This document shows, one piece after another, positions 1-9,990 of a DNA stretch of 64,000 bases. The translations under genes and the position numbers were made by a program. Numbering within the stretch: position 1 is the first letter of the stretch; the number at the start of each line of letters is the position of its first letter. Source of the stretch: Candidatus Latescibacterota bacterium (GTDB lineage: Bacteria; Krumholzibacteriota; Krumholzibacteriia; WVZY01; JAKEHA01); NCBI GenBank assembly GCA_963707635.1, contig OY970173.1, positions 2,144,001-2,208,000 on the forward strand. The letters are read 5' to 3'. The notes under the pieces were generated by a model. That model worked only from the letters and a program-made list of their open reading frames with translations. It did no database searches and was not told where the DNA came from.

Positions 1-422
1 AACTTGCCCTCGCGAATGTGCTTCTCGTAGCGCAGGCTGTACAATTCGGTGGTGTCCACGTAGGACTCGTAGCGGTCGCGCACCTCGAAGAACTTCGAGA
101 AGAAATCGTTGCTCCGCGCGTCGGACACGATCCGGTAACACGGCCGACCCTCCAGGGTGGCGATGTTGCGAATCTCGAGGGTGGCCTCGCCGGCCGTCAC
201 CAACCCGTACTGCACGGTAAACACGAGCCGCTCCCCCACCCCGAACCCGACGAACTCCGGCCCGATGTCGACCACGGTGTCCACCGGCAGGTCGGACTCG
301 TACAGCGAATCGTAGAACGTGTACGAGGAGTCGCCGCCCGCCCCGGCGCGGAGCGGCGCGGAACCCGGCAACGCGGACCAGACCACGGCGCCGGCGATCG
401 CAAGAGTAACGCGTGCAATCAT
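1..422 (-). CDS. DUF3108-like exported protein (partial; 3' end runs off the window)
   Basis: Not in the ORF track; translated manually: MIARVTLAIAGAVVWSALPGS...FGVGERLVFTVQYGLVTAGEATLEIRN...CYRIVSDARSNDFFSKFFEVRDRYESYVD...RYEKHIREGK. Signal peptide plus DUF3108-like pattern. The ATG overlaps the upstream stop (ATGA). Confidence 0.75.
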   Translation of the reverse strand, partial: MIARVTLAIAGAVVWSALPGSAPLRAGAGGDSSYTFYDSLYESDLPVDTVVDIGPEFVGFGVGERLVFTVQYGLVTAGEATLEIRNIATLEGRPCYRIVSDARSNDFFSKFFEVRDRYESYVDTTELYSLRYEKHIREGK

Positions 423-1543
423 GCTGCTCGTTCCCGTCCCGGGAAATGGTGAACGTCGCATAGCGCCCGGTAGACGTCCAGGGTTTTGTTCACCATGGTG
501 TGGTAGTCGTACCCCGCCGCGCGGCGCGCCGCTTCCCGCACGCAGGCCGCGCGCAGAGTGTCGTCATTCAACATGCGAAGAATCGCGTCCGCGAGCAAGC
601 CCGGGTCGCGGGCGGGAACCAGCAGTCCGCTCACGCCGTCTTCCACGATTTCGGGGATGCCGCCCGCGCGCGTCGCGACCACCGGAACCCGCAGGACTTG
701 CGCGTCCATGATCGACGTCCCCAACCCTTCCAGGTACGAGCTCATGACGAACACGTCGAAGATGCTCAGCAGTTCGAGCGCGTCCTGGCGAAACCCGGTG
801 AACACGACCGCGTCCGCGATCCCAAGCTCGCGGGCGAGGCGCTCGAGCTCGGCGCGCAGTTCGCCCTCGCCCACCAGGAAGAAGCGCACCCCCGGGCGTT
901 GCGCGCACACCCGCGCCGCCGCGCGCAGCAGATCCGCGTGCGCCTTGTGCGGCGCCAGCGCGGCGACGCTGCCCACGATGCGCTCGCCGTCGCGCACGCC
1001 GAATTCGTCGCGCAGGTAGGACGCGTCGCGCATGTGCTTGAACTTGTCGAGGTCGATTCCGCTGTGCGCGAGAAACACGCGCGCCGGCGGAATCCCGCCG
1101 GCGACGAGCACGTCGCGCACGCCCTCCGAGATGGCGATGTACGCGTCCGCGCCGCGACGGTATTTCAACGCCGCCAACACGCTCCTTCCGGGCGCGAAGT
1201 CCACGCGCCGGCTCACGACGTGGATGGGCCGCGGTCGCACGCCCACGCGCGCCAGCGCCGCCCACCCGTGCGCCCGCGACGCGTGCGAGTGGACGAGGTC
1301 GAACGCCCCGCGCGCGATGATGCCGCGCAGCCTTGCGCCGCCCACAATCGTATCCGGCTTCCATCCATGCCGGACGACGCGCAACCCCTCCGTCCTCGCA
1401 CACAACGCGCCATCCGCGGGCGCCGCCAGGTGGACCTCCACCCCCACCTCCACCAGGCCCTTCATCAGGAGCAGGACCTGCGCCTGCCCGCCGCGCCAGG
1501 TCCGTTCCGAATCGACCATCAGCACGCGGAGCGGCGCGCTCAT
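419..1543 (-). CDS. Glycosyltransferase family 4 (GT-B)
   Basis: WRGGQAQV N-terminal motif and SYLEGLGTSIMDA...PVVATRAGGIPEIV. The start at MSAPLRV overlaps the upstream stop. Confidence 0.9.
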   Translation of the reverse strand: MSAPLRVLMVDSERTWRGGQAQVLLLMKGLVEVGVEVHLAAPADGALCARTEGLRVVRHGWKPDTIVGGARLRGIIARGAFDLVHSHASRAHGWAALARVGVRPRPIHVVSRRVDFAPGRSVLAALKYRRGADAYIAISEGVRDVLVAGGIPPARVFLAHSGIDLDKFKHMRDASYLRDEFGVRDGERIVGSVAALAPHKAHADLLRAAARVCAQRPGVRFFLVGEGELRAELERLARELGIADAVVFTGFRQDALELLSIFDVFVMSSYLEGLGTSIMDAQVLRVPVVATRAGGIPEIVEDGVSGLLVPARDPGLLADAILRMLNDDTLRAACVREAARRAAGYDYHTMVNKTLDVYRALCDVHHFPGRERAA

Positions 1544-2640
1544 CGGGACATCGTCTCCTCGCAAATAGCCACGAAGCGCCTCGCCAGGGGCACGGGCGAA
1601 AACTCCCGTCGCACCCGCTCACCCGCCGCCCGCCCGATGCGTTCGCGCAACGCGGGGTCGCGCGCGAGGCGCACGATCGCCGCGGCGAGGGCATCCGCGT
1701 CGCCGGGCGCGGCGAGCACGATATCCACGCCGTCGCGGAAGGTCTCGCGGACGGCCGCGGTGTCCCCCGTGATCACCGCGCGCTCCATGCCCATGCACTG
1801 GTAGACCTTGTTCGGAACCACGCGCGCCGCCTTCGACGTCGTGCCGAACACGCCGAGGCAAATGGACGCGCGCGCGATGCGCCCGGGAAGTTCCGCCAGC
1901 GGGACGCGCGGAAGAAATTGCACGTTTCCGAGTCTCGCGTCACGAGCGAATCGTTCGACGGACGCGTGGGTCTGTCCCCCGCCGATCAACTCGAAGCGGA
2001 TGCCGGGCGTCTCGCGCAGGCGGGCCGCCGCACGAACGATGCACACCGCGCCGTGCAGCGGGAGATAGCTCCCGTAGAAGAGCACGACCACCGGATCGGC
2101 GGCCGCCCCCGCCGCGGGCGCGGCGGTGAACAGCGCGTCGTCGTATCCGACCTCCAGCACGCGTATGCGCGTATCCGGAGGCGCCAGGTCCCGGGCGAAG
2201 TATTCGGCGTGCGCGCGGGTGTCGGCGAGCACGGTGTCCGCCAGCCCCATCGCCAGCCGGTCCAGGTTCTGGTTGTGCCACGCCTGCGCCCCGCGTTCCC
2301 CGGCGTCGCGGCGGTCCCGCACGCGGGTGTCGAAGCGCGAGACCAGCGGGTCGAACACCACCCGTTTGCCGGTCGCGCCCGCCAGCGCGGCGGCGAGCAC
2401 CATGTCCTTGTGACGGAACTCGGGTACGAAGAGCACCTCGTAATTACGATCCATGGACCCGTAGCGGCGCGCCAGCGACGCGTAGCGCCGGATCACCTTG
2501 AGCCGCGGAGACGCGGTGCAGCTCGCCACGGTCACGCCGAGCCGGCGCAATCCTTCCAGGAGGACGGCGCTGCGCGGGTAGCCGACGTGATGGCCCCCGA
2601 AGAGACACACGCCCTTCAGTTGTTTCGCTTCCGTTCCCAT
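1540..2640 (-). CDS. Glycosyltransferase family 4 (GT-B)
   Basis: C-terminal part of ORF 1540..3405 from MGTEAKQ: FYGSYLPLHG, VPNKVYQCMGMERAVITGD, PGDADALAAAI. Confidence 0.85.
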   Translation of the reverse strand: MGTEAKQLKGVCLFGGHHVGYPRSAVLLEGLRRLGVTVASCTASPRLKVIRRYASLARRYGSMDRNYEVLFVPEFRHKDMVLAAALAGATGKRVVFDPLVSRFDTRVRDRRDAGERGAQAWHNQNLDRLAMGLADTVLADTRAHAEYFARDLAPPDTRIRVLEVGYDDALFTAAPAAGAAADPVVVLFYGSYLPLHGAVCIVRAAARLRETPGIRFELIGGGQTHASVERFARDARLGNVQFLPRVPLAELPGRIARASICLGVFGTTSKAARVVPNKVYQCMGMERAVITGDTAAVRETFRDGVDIVLAAPGDADALAAAIVRLARDPALRERIGRAAGERVRREFSPVPLARRFVAICEETMSR

Positions 2641-3365
2641 GCCTTGGAATACTTGAGAAACACGCTGAACGAGGAAAGCAGGCACAGCACGAGTCCTGGG
2701 TATCCGTCGAGAAAACCCCGCTGCAGCATGTACATACGCACGAAGCGAAACGGTGGGTGCAGCACCATGTTGAGCAGCTCGAGCCGGCCGCCCCGTTCCA
2801 CGTATTGCTGGGCACCCCGCGAGGTGTACGCGTCGATCTTCTCCAGGTGGTGCTCGACGCCGCGGTAGGGCGTGTGGGCCAGCGGCGCCTCGAGCCGGCC
2901 GACGGGCCCCGCCGCCTCGACTTCCTCGTGTACCCGCGCCGGCGGGTACGACGCGCGCCGCCGGTCGTAGAGGCGAAGCACCTTGTCGCGCTGCCAGCCG
3001 CACCCGCGAATCGTGCGGCCGAGGTAAACGCTCCGCCGCCGTATCCAGAACCCGGCGCGATCCTGCGGATCGAGGGCGGCGATCTCGGCGCGAAGCCGCT
3101 CGCTCACGACCTCGTCGGCGTCGAGCACGAGGAGCCAGTCGCTGCGCGCGCGCCCGGCGGCCCAGTTCTTCTGTTCCGAGGGCGACGCGTACGGCCGCTG
3201 GTAGACGGCCGTCGCGCGCACGCGCGCCGCCGCCACCGTTTCGTCGCCGCTGAAGGAATCGACCACCAGCACCTCGCCGAATCCCCGCACGCTCTCGAGG
3301 CAGCGGCCGATGGTGGCAGCCTCGTTGAAGGTGGTGACGACCACGCTGACGTTCGCGAGGTTCAT
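2616..3365 (-). CDS. Glycosyltransferase family 2 (WaaE/KdtX-like LPS beta-1,4-glucosyltransferase)
   Basis: VSVVVTTFNEA, VVDSFSGDET, LVLDADE, VHE, GFLDGYPG motifs. Confidence 0.88.
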   Translation of the reverse strand: MNLANVSVVVTTFNEAATIGRCLESVRGFGEVLVVDSFSGDETVAAARVRATAVYQRPYASPSEQKNWAAGRARSDWLLVLDADEVVSERLRAEIAALDPQDRAGFWIRRRSVYLGRTIRGCGWQRDKVLRLYDRRRASYPPARVHEEVEAAGPVGRLEAPLAHTPYRGVEHHLEKIDAYTSRGAQQYVERGGRLELLNMVLHPPFRFVRMYMLQRGFLDGYPGLVLCLLSSFSVFLKYSKAWERKRNN

Positions 3366-4417
3366 GCGGCGCGACCCACGACGTCGAGGATCTCCCGCTC
3401 CACATCCGCCACCGCGATGTCCATGCACGGCGAGCCGAACGGGCACTCGAGGCGGCGGCACGGTGAGCACGACAGCCCGCGCCAGAGCGCGCGATCGCGC
3501 GCGGTGCCCATGTGCCACTCGCGCGGGTCGGTCGCGCCGAACACGGTCACCGTCGGCACGCGCGCGCACACGGCGAGGTGCTTCAAGCCGGAGTCGATGC
3601 TAACCAGCCCCCCCAGGTTCGCCAGCGCCGCCGGGAGTTCGTCGAGCGCGAACCGCGGCGCCAGCACCGCGTCGCCGCCGGCGCGTTGCACGATCGCCTC
3701 CGCCGCTTTCTCTTCCCCGGGGCCCCAGAACACGACTACCGCGCACCCCGCGCCCGCGAGCCGGCGCGCGAGCGCGACAAACCGGCCCGGGTCCCAGGCC
3801 TTCACCGGCACCGGCCGGCCCGGGTTGAGCCCGACGACCCGCCCCGCGCGCAGGGCGTCTCGCGACACGCCGCTCTCGACCAGGCGATCGCGCGCCCGCG
3901 CGATCGCCCCGTCGTCGCGCGCGACCGCCGGCAGGACGGACGCGGCCTCCGCGGCGCCTACGTGTCGCGCCAGCCGCATCCCCGCCACGATCGAATCGTA
4001 CGGCACGCGCCGCCCGTCGAGCCAGTCGGCGCGTCCCTCGACCGCCGTGTAGGCGCGCTTGCGCACGCGCACGTCGAATCCGACGCGCAAGGGCGCGCGG
4101 GACGCCAGCGTGATCAGCGCGGATCGCGCGCTGCCGTGAAAATCGATTGTCGCCGTCGCCCGGAGCGAAGCGACTGCCGAGAGAAAGCGCCACCAGGCCC
4201 GCAGACCCTCGCCGCGCGGCGGTATCAGCACCCGGTCGACGAATTCGAACTTCTCCACCACCGCCGCGTACGGCCGGTCGACGACGTACGCGATCGAACG
4301 TCCCGGCCGACCTTCCTTCACCGCACGGAGCACTTCCAGCGCGGCGAGCACGTCGCCGAGCTGGCGCAGCCGGATCGCCAGGATCCACTCGCGCGCCGGT
4401 GCGACTCTCGCGGTCAC
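3362..4417 (-). CDS. Glycosyltransferase family 9 (heptosyltransferase-like)
   Basis: IRLRQLGDV, NPG..VKAW, SIDSGLKHLA, VPTVTVFG, CSPC..LECP. GTG start overlaps the upstream stop. Confidence 0.88.
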   Translation of the reverse strand: MTARVAPAREWILAIRLRQLGDVLAALEVLRAVKEGRPGRSIAYVVDRPYAAVVEKFEFVDRVLIPPRGEGLRAWWRFLSAVASLRATATIDFHGSARSALITLASRAPLRVGFDVRVRKRAYTAVEGRADWLDGRRVPYDSIVAGMRLARHVGAAEAASVLPAVARDDGAIARARDRLVESGVSRDALRAGRVVGLNPGRPVPVKAWDPGRFVALARRLAGAGCAVVVFWGPGEEKAAEAIVQRAGGDAVLAPRFALDELPAALANLGGLVSIDSGLKHLAVCARVPTVTVFGATDPREWHMGTARDRALWRGLSCSPCRRLECPFGSPCMDIAVADVEREILDVVGRAA

Positions 4418-5472
4418 GTCGATGCGCTCCCGGCGCGCGACCCTTCCGTCAGCACCCGCTCCAGATCGTTCCACACCGACTCGGCGGAAAGGTCCATCAG
4501 GCACGCCGTGGTTCCCAACGGGCACTCGTGCCGGTGACAGGGGCGGCACGGCACCTCCACGCGCGCGGCGCGGAATGGCCCGAACGATTCGTACGGAAAC
4601 CACACCTCCCACTCGCTGCTCCCAAAGATGCCCACGGTCGGCGTTCCCACCGCGACCGCGACGTGCATGATCCCGCCGTCACACGCCACCATCGCGTCCA
4701 GCTGCGCGATCACCGCCGCGACCGATCTCACTCCGAGCACCGGCAGCACTCGTACCGCGTCCCCGCAGCGCTCGTGTACCGCTCGCGTCGCGTCCTGTTC
4801 GCCGGGTCCGGTGAAGAGGACCACGTCCGTCCCGCCGCGGGAACGGGCGAGCTCTGCCAGGCGCGCGAACTTCTCGGCGGGCCAGCGTTTGACCGGCCAC
4901 TTCCCGCCCGGATGCATGCCCACCCGAGCCCGGCCGCCGCGTGCGCCGACGCCGGCCAGGACGTCCTCCGCCGCCGCCCGCTCGGACGCCGTGACCGCGA
5001 GCGACGGTTTGCCTGCGGGCCGCTTCTCCAGCCCTACGGCCGCGCCGTAGGCCAGAAACACCTCCGTTACCGCCCGCGTCGACGATGGAACCCGCACGGG
5101 GTGGGTGTAGAGACGCCGACGGCCGCGCCGGTCGCCTCCCACCCGGATCGGCGCGCCCGAGAGCCACGAGAGCCACGCGCTGCGCGGGTTCGAGTACAAA
5201 TCGATGACGGCGCGGTAGCGCCGTTCCCGCAGCGCGCGCGCCGTGTGCACGCCTGCGAGAGCGCCGGATTCCAGCCCCAGCACGCGCGCGAATCGTTCGT
5301 CACCCGCGAGCAGGTCGGCGCCGGGGCGTCGCGAGAGGTAGTCGATCTCGATGCCGGGAAACTGCGCGTGGAGGGCATCGACCAGCGGCAACGAGAGCAC
5401 GACGTCGCCCAGATAGTTGAGGCGCGTCACCAGCACGCGGTCGCCGCGTCCGAGCGACGGCGGCGCGGTCAT
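4414..5472 (-). CDS. Glycosyltransferase family 9 (heptosyltransferase-like)
   Basis: RLNYLGDVVLSLP, HPGGKWPVKRWP, DGGIMHVAVAVGTPTVGIFG, CRPC..HECP. Confidence 0.9.
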   Translation of the reverse strand: MTAPPSLGRGDRVLVTRLNYLGDVVLSLPLVDALHAQFPGIEIDYLSRRPGADLLAGDERFARVLGLESGALAGVHTARALRERRYRAVIDLYSNPRSAWLSWLSGAPIRVGGDRRGRRRLYTHPVRVPSSTRAVTEVFLAYGAAVGLEKRPAGKPSLAVTASERAAAEDVLAGVGARGGRARVGMHPGGKWPVKRWPAEKFARLAELARSRGGTDVVLFTGPGEQDATRAVHERCGDAVRVLPVLGVRSVAAVIAQLDAMVACDGGIMHVAVAVGTPTVGIFGSSEWEVWFPYESFGPFRAARVEVPCRPCHRHECPLGTTACLMDLSAESVWNDLERVLTEGSRAGSAST

Positions 5473-5969
5473 GACGGCCCCGTGCCGCCGCCCCGCCCCG
5501 CCGAGCGCACGCGCGTGACGATCTCCCTCGACGCGTGGGACTTGGCGTCGCCGGTGACGATCGTGCGAATGCCGAGACGTTCCGAGACCGCGAACTCCGG
5601 TACGGTCTCGGGGCGGTAGTCGGTTCCCTTCGCGTGGACCGCCGGCCGCAGGCGCTCCAGAATCCCCGCCACGCTGTCCTCGTCGAATACGAGCACGGCA
5701 TCGACCCAGCGCAACGCGGCCACGACGCGCGCGCGGTCGGCCGCGCCGACGACGGGACGGCCTTCGCCCTTGATCCGGCGCGTCCCCGCGTCGCTGTTGA
5801 CCGCCACCACCAGGAAGTCGCCGTGTCGTTTCGCATCCTCGAGGTAGCGAACGTGGCCGACGTGGAGCGGGTCGAAGCAGCCGTTGGTCAGAACCACGGC
5901 TGCCGGGTTGGCCGCGCGGACGGCGGCCACCAGCGCGTCGAGATCCGCGTAGACCGGGGCCGCTCTCAT
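5469..5969 (-). CDS. rfaE2: D-glycero-beta-D-manno-heptose 1-phosphate adenylyltransferase (RfaE domain II / HldC)
   Basis: TNGCFDPLHVGHVRYL, VNSD, KGEGRP, KGTDY; adjacent to the kinase half. Confidence 0.85.
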   Translation of the reverse strand: MRAAPVYADLDALVAAVRAANPAAVVLTNGCFDPLHVGHVRYLEDAKRHGDFLVVAVNSDAGTRRIKGEGRPVVGAADRARVVAALRWVDAVLVFDEDSVAGILERLRPAVHAKGTDYRPETVPEFAVSERLGIRTIVTGDAKSHASREIVTRVRSAGRGGGTGPS

Positions 5970-6982
5970 GCGCGCTCACCCGCGGCGCCGGGCGCCGCGA
6001 TCGCCGAGCGCACCTCGTCGGGCGACGCCGTCGCGGTGCCTCGCTTCATCACAACCACCGAGGCCGCGAACGTCGCCATCTGCGCGGCTTCGGCGAGTGT
6101 TCCGCCGGCGGCCAGCGACAGCGCGACCATGGCCGCCACGGTGTCTCCGGCTCCGGTCACGTCGGTGGCCTCGCGGCTGCCGGCGATGCCGATGGTCGCG
6201 TAGGCGCCGTGCGCGTCGCACACGATCATCCCCAGGCTTCCCCGGGTCACGATGAGACCCTCCAGCCCGCACTCGGCGACCCGCCGCTTCATGGCCTCCG
6301 CGTCCATCAGGTCCGCCTCGCGCTCGATGCCCAGCGCCTCCATCGCCTCCACTTCGTTGGGGACCGCGACCGTGGCGCCGCGAAACCACGCCAGCCGGTA
6401 GCGGCTGTCGACGACGATCGGCACCGCGCGCGCGCGTGCACGCGCGATGGCGTGCTCCACGACCGGGGGCGAGAGCACACCGAGGCCGTAGTCGGCGAGC
6501 AGCACCACATCGCTTGCGGCAACGGCGTCGGAAATCGCGGTCAGGAGCCGCCCGGCGAGGCCGTCGGCGAGTGCGACGCGGTGGGAGCGGTCCACCCGCG
6601 CGACCTGCTGCTTCTGGGCGTTCATCTCGCCGGCCATGATGCGGAGCTTGGTCGAGGTCGCCTCTGCGGGTGCGACGAGCAGCGCGTGCGTGTCGACGCC
6701 GCGGCTGCGCAGGAGTTCGCAGAGCGTCACACCCTCCGGATCGTCGCCGAGCACGCCCACCGCCACCGCGGCCCCGCCCAGGGCGGTCACGTTCTGCGCC
6801 GCGTTGGCGGCCCCACCCGGGTGGTGCGCGCTCTGTTGATAGTCGATGACCGGAATCGGCGCCTCGCGCGAGACGCGCGACGTCGTGCCCAGGATGTACT
6901 GGTCGAGCAGGTAGTCCCCCACGACCGTCACCCGTCGTGAGCGAAACTGCTCCAGGAGGTCGAACAAACGTTTTCGATTCAT
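5966..6982 (-). CDS. rfaE1: D-glycero-beta-D-manno-heptose-7-phosphate kinase (RfaE domain I / HldA, PfkB family)
   Basis: VVGDYLLDQYI.G...RVSREAP, PGGAANAA, PNEVE, DVTGAGDTV. Confidence 0.9.
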   Translation of the reverse strand: MNRKRLFDLLEQFRSRRVTVVGDYLLDQYILGTTSRVSREAPIPVIDYQQSAHHPGGAANAAQNVTALGGAAVAVGVLGDDPEGVTLCELLRSRGVDTHALLVAPAEATSTKLRIMAGEMNAQKQQVARVDRSHRVALADGLAGRLLTAISDAVAASDVVLLADYGLGVLSPPVVEHAIARARARAVPIVVDSRYRLAWFRGATVAVPNEVEAMEALGIEREADLMDAEAMKRRVAECGLEGLIVTRGSLGMIVCDAHGAYATIGIAGSREATDVTGAGDTVAAMVALSLAAGGTLAEAAQMATFAASVVVMKRGTATASPDEVRSAIAAPGAAGERA

Positions 6983-6994
6983 GGGGTCACCGCG

Positions 6995-8095
6995 TCACGA
7001 GCTGGCGCGCGCGCGGGAGATTCTATCCGACGGCCCGCCCCCGCGACGACTCGAATCTCGTCCCGCGCGCAGCACGGCGCTCACCCGTTCCCGCACGGCA
7101 TCGACCTCGATGCCGTGGAAACACTCGAGCTGGGTGGGACACTCGCGTCGATAGCACGGATTGCAGTGCACCTTGTGCTGGAGGACTTCCACTGTCCGGC
7201 CCAGCGGCGCCGTCCACGCGGGCGACGTGGACCCGAACAATACCACCACCGGCACGCCGAGCGCGGCAGCCACGTGCGGCGCGCCGCTGTCGTTGGCGAC
7301 CAGCGCGCGCGCCGATTCGACCACGGCGAAGAACTCGCCCAGGGTGGTTCGTCCGGCGACGTTCACGACGCCGTCCATGCCGTCCGCGATCTCCGCGCAC
7401 ACGGCGCGGTCACCCGCGCCCCCGCACACGATCACCGGCGCCTCGCGCGTCAAGAGCCGGCACAATGCGCGATATCGCTCGCGCGGCCAGGCCTTCGCCG
7501 GTCCGAACGCGGCGCCCGGAACGACCACCAGATAGTCTCCGCCGCTCACGCCCGCCGACCCCAGCAGCCGCGCCGCCGCCGTGCGCTCGCCGTCGCTCAC
7601 GCGCAGCGCGGGAAGCGGCAGGTCGACCGCGGCGTCGCCCGGGAGGCCCAGCGCCGTCAGCACCCGCCGTGCCACCCGCGCGTAGCTCGTGCCGAGGTGC
7701 ACCTCGCGCGAAGGCGGCCCAAGAGACGCGGTCAACAACGCGCGCCGGGCATCGCTGTCAAAGCCGACGCGATGGCGAACTGCCGCAACGAACCCGGGAA
7801 GCGCGCTTTCGAACGAGGGTGGGAAGAGGGCCACGGCGTCTGTCCCCAGCGCGCGCATGGTGCGCGCGCGCGTCGCGATGCGCCGCAGGCGTCCCGACGC
7901 CGCGTCGACCCAGACTTCGTCGACGCCGTCCACCCCCCAGAACACCCGCGCCACGTAGGGTGCGCTGACCACGACGGTGGTGACGCCGCCTCGCGCCAGG
8001 AGTGCCACGGCCGGCAGGCACATCACCGCGTCGCCCAGCCAGTTGGGGGCTACCGCGACCACCTTCGGGGGCCGGCTGCGCGCGCGCGTCGTCAT
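6995..8095 (-). CDS. waaF: LPS heptosyltransferase II (GT9)
   Basis: C-terminal part of ORF 6995..10033 from MTTRAR: PNWLGDAVM, PGAAFGPAKAWP, NDSGAPHVAAA, CNPCYRRECP. Confidence 0.85.
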   Translation of the reverse strand: MTTRARSRPPKVVAVAPNWLGDAVMCLPAVALLARGGVTTVVVSAPYVARVFWGVDGVDEVWVDAASGRLRRIATRARTMRALGTDAVALFPPSFESALPGFVAAVRHRVGFDSDARRALLTASLGPPSREVHLGTSYARVARRVLTALGLPGDAAVDLPLPALRVSDGERTAAARLLGSAGVSGGDYLVVVPGAAFGPAKAWPRERYRALCRLLTREAPVIVCGGAGDRAVCAEIADGMDGVVNVAGRTTLGEFFAVVESARALVANDSGAPHVAAALGVPVVVLFGSTSPAWTAPLGRTVEVLQHKVHCNPCYRRECPTQLECFHGIEVDAVRERVSAVLRAGRDSSRRGGGPSDRISRARASS

Positions 8096-9930
8096 ACCGC
8101 CGCGTGGCCGAACTGAATCTGGTAGAGGCGGTGATACACGCCCTGACGATCCATCAGTTCCGCATGGGTTCCGTGCTCGGTCAGGCGCCCGCGGTCGAGC
8201 ACGAGGATGCGGTCGGCGTGGCGGACGGTGGAGAGCCGGTGCGCGATGACGAAGGTCGTCCGTCCCGCGAGCAGGCGATCCATCGCCTCCTGGACCAGCC
8301 GCTCGCTCTCGCTGTCGAGCGCGCTGGTGGCTTCGTCGAAGATGAGGATCTCGGGGTCGCGCAGGATCGCGCGCGCGATCGCGAGCCGCTGGCGCTGCCC
8401 CCCGGAAAGTTGCGCGCCGCGGTCGCCGACCACGGTCTCGTAGCCATTCGGAAGCTCCAGGATGAAGTCGTGCGCGTTCGCCGCCCGCGCGGCCTGCTCC
8501 ACCTGGTCGCGGGTGGCATCCGGCGACCCGTAGACGATGTTGTTGTAGACCGAATCGTTGAAGAGAATCGTCTCCTGGGTCACGATTCCCATCAAGGCGC
8601 GGAGTGAGTGCAGGGTGAACCCGCGCGTGTCTTCGCCGTCGAAGGTGATGCGCCCGCCGGTCGGGGCGTAGAAGCGCGGCACCAGGTCGACGAGGGTGGT
8701 CTTGCCCGCCCCGCTCGAACCCACGATGGCGACGACCTCGCCCTTGCCCGCGCGAAACGAGACGTCGCGCAACACCGGCTCCCCGGCGATGTATTCGAAG
8801 TCGACGTGCTCGAAGCGAATCTCGCGCGCAAAGCGGGCTTCCCGCGCCCCCTCCTCCACCGGCTCCCCGGGCACGTCGAGCAGGCCGAAGATCCGCTGCG
8901 CCGACGCGACCGACTGCTGCACCACCGTGCTGAGCTTGCTCAGGTTCTTCAGCGGCGTGAGCACGAACAGCATCGCCGCCACGAACATCACCAGGTTCTC
9001 CGCCGGCAGCGAGCCATCGAGCACCCGGCGCCCGCCGTACCACAGCACCACCGTGAACGACAGCGTTCCCAGCATCTCGGAGGCGGGGGCCGAGAGCGCG
9101 GCGTACATGGTCATGCGGATGTAGTGGATCATGTGCCGGTGGCTCGCGCGGCCGAACCGCTCTTGCTCGTGCTCGTGGGTGCCGAACGACTTGACCACGC
9201 GCACGCCTGCGATGGCCTCCTCGAGGTTGGCGGTCATGTCCGCCATTCCCTCCTGCGCGCGGCGGCTCCGGCGCTTGAGCTTGCGGCCGACCAGGTCGAC
9301 GAGCACCACGTTCACCGGCACGATACAAAGGACCAACAGCGTCAGGCGCCAGCTCACCGTCAAAATGATGAACAGCGCGACCGCCGTCATCAGCACGTTG
9401 CGCAATACGCTGGCTGCGACCCCGATGACGGCGCCGCGCAGCAGGGTGACGTCGTTGGTCACCTTCGAGATCAGGTGCCCCGAACGTTCCCGGTCGAAGT
9501 AGGAGAGCGGGAGCTCGAGGATGTGCGCGTACACGTCGCGCCGGATCCGGAACAGCACCTTCTGCTCCAGGTACTCGGTGAAGTAGGTCTGCACGTAGCC
9601 GAACACATTCTTGGCCACCATCAACGCCAGCAGGAGCCAGATGAATCGCATCAGGCGTGCATCGGCGTCGCCCGCGTACATCCAGCCCTCGAACGCCGCC
9701 TTCGACGCGAGGCGCGCCCGCTCGACGACGTGCGGGAGCGGGAGCCCCTCGCCGGGGCCCGCGTCCGTGACCGCCGGCGGGTCGCGGTCGAGAATGACGC
9801 GCAAAAACGGCGGGATCAGGGTGAGCGAGATCCCGGAGAGCGACGCGAACAACGCGATCACGCACGAAAGCACGAGCATTCGCTTCCAGTACGGACGCAC
9901 GTAGGCGAGCAGCCGGAGGTAGGTCTTCAT
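8092..9930 (-). CDS. msbA: MsbA-like lipid A-core ABC flippase (fused permease/ATPase)
   Basis: N-terminal TM helices, GSSGAGKT, LSGGQRQRLAIARA, DEATSALD, IAHRLST; sits in the LPS cluster. Confidence 0.8.
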   Translation of the reverse strand: MKTYLRLLAYVRPYWKRMLVLSCVIALFASLSGISLTLIPPFLRVILDRDPPAVTDAGPGEGLPLPHVVERARLASKAAFEGWMYAGDADARLMRFIWLLLALMVAKNVFGYVQTYFTEYLEQKVLFRIRRDVYAHILELPLSYFDRERSGHLISKVTNDVTLLRGAVIGVAASVLRNVLMTAVALFIILTVSWRLTLLVLCIVPVNVVLVDLVGRKLKRRSRRAQEGMADMTANLEEAIAGVRVVKSFGTHEHEQERFGRASHRHMIHYIRMTMYAALSAPASEMLGTLSFTVVLWYGGRRVLDGSLPAENLVMFVAAMLFVLTPLKNLSKLSTVVQQSVASAQRIFGLLDVPGEPVEEGAREARFAREIRFEHVDFEYIAGEPVLRDVSFRAGKGEVVAIVGSSGAGKTTLVDLVPRFYAPTGGRITFDGEDTRGFTLHSLRALMGIVTQETILFNDSVYNNIVYGSPDATRDQVEQAARAANAHDFILELPNGYETVVGDRGAQLSGGQRQRLAIARAILRDPEILIFDEATSALDSESERLVQEAMDRLLAGRTTFVIAHRLSTVRHADRILVLDRGRLTEHGTHAELMDRQGVYHRLYQIQFGHAAV

Positions 9931-9990
9931 GCCAATCGGCCCCGGCAGCCCGGGGCCAGGGGACAATATGGAGCAAAGGAGCGATCGGCG

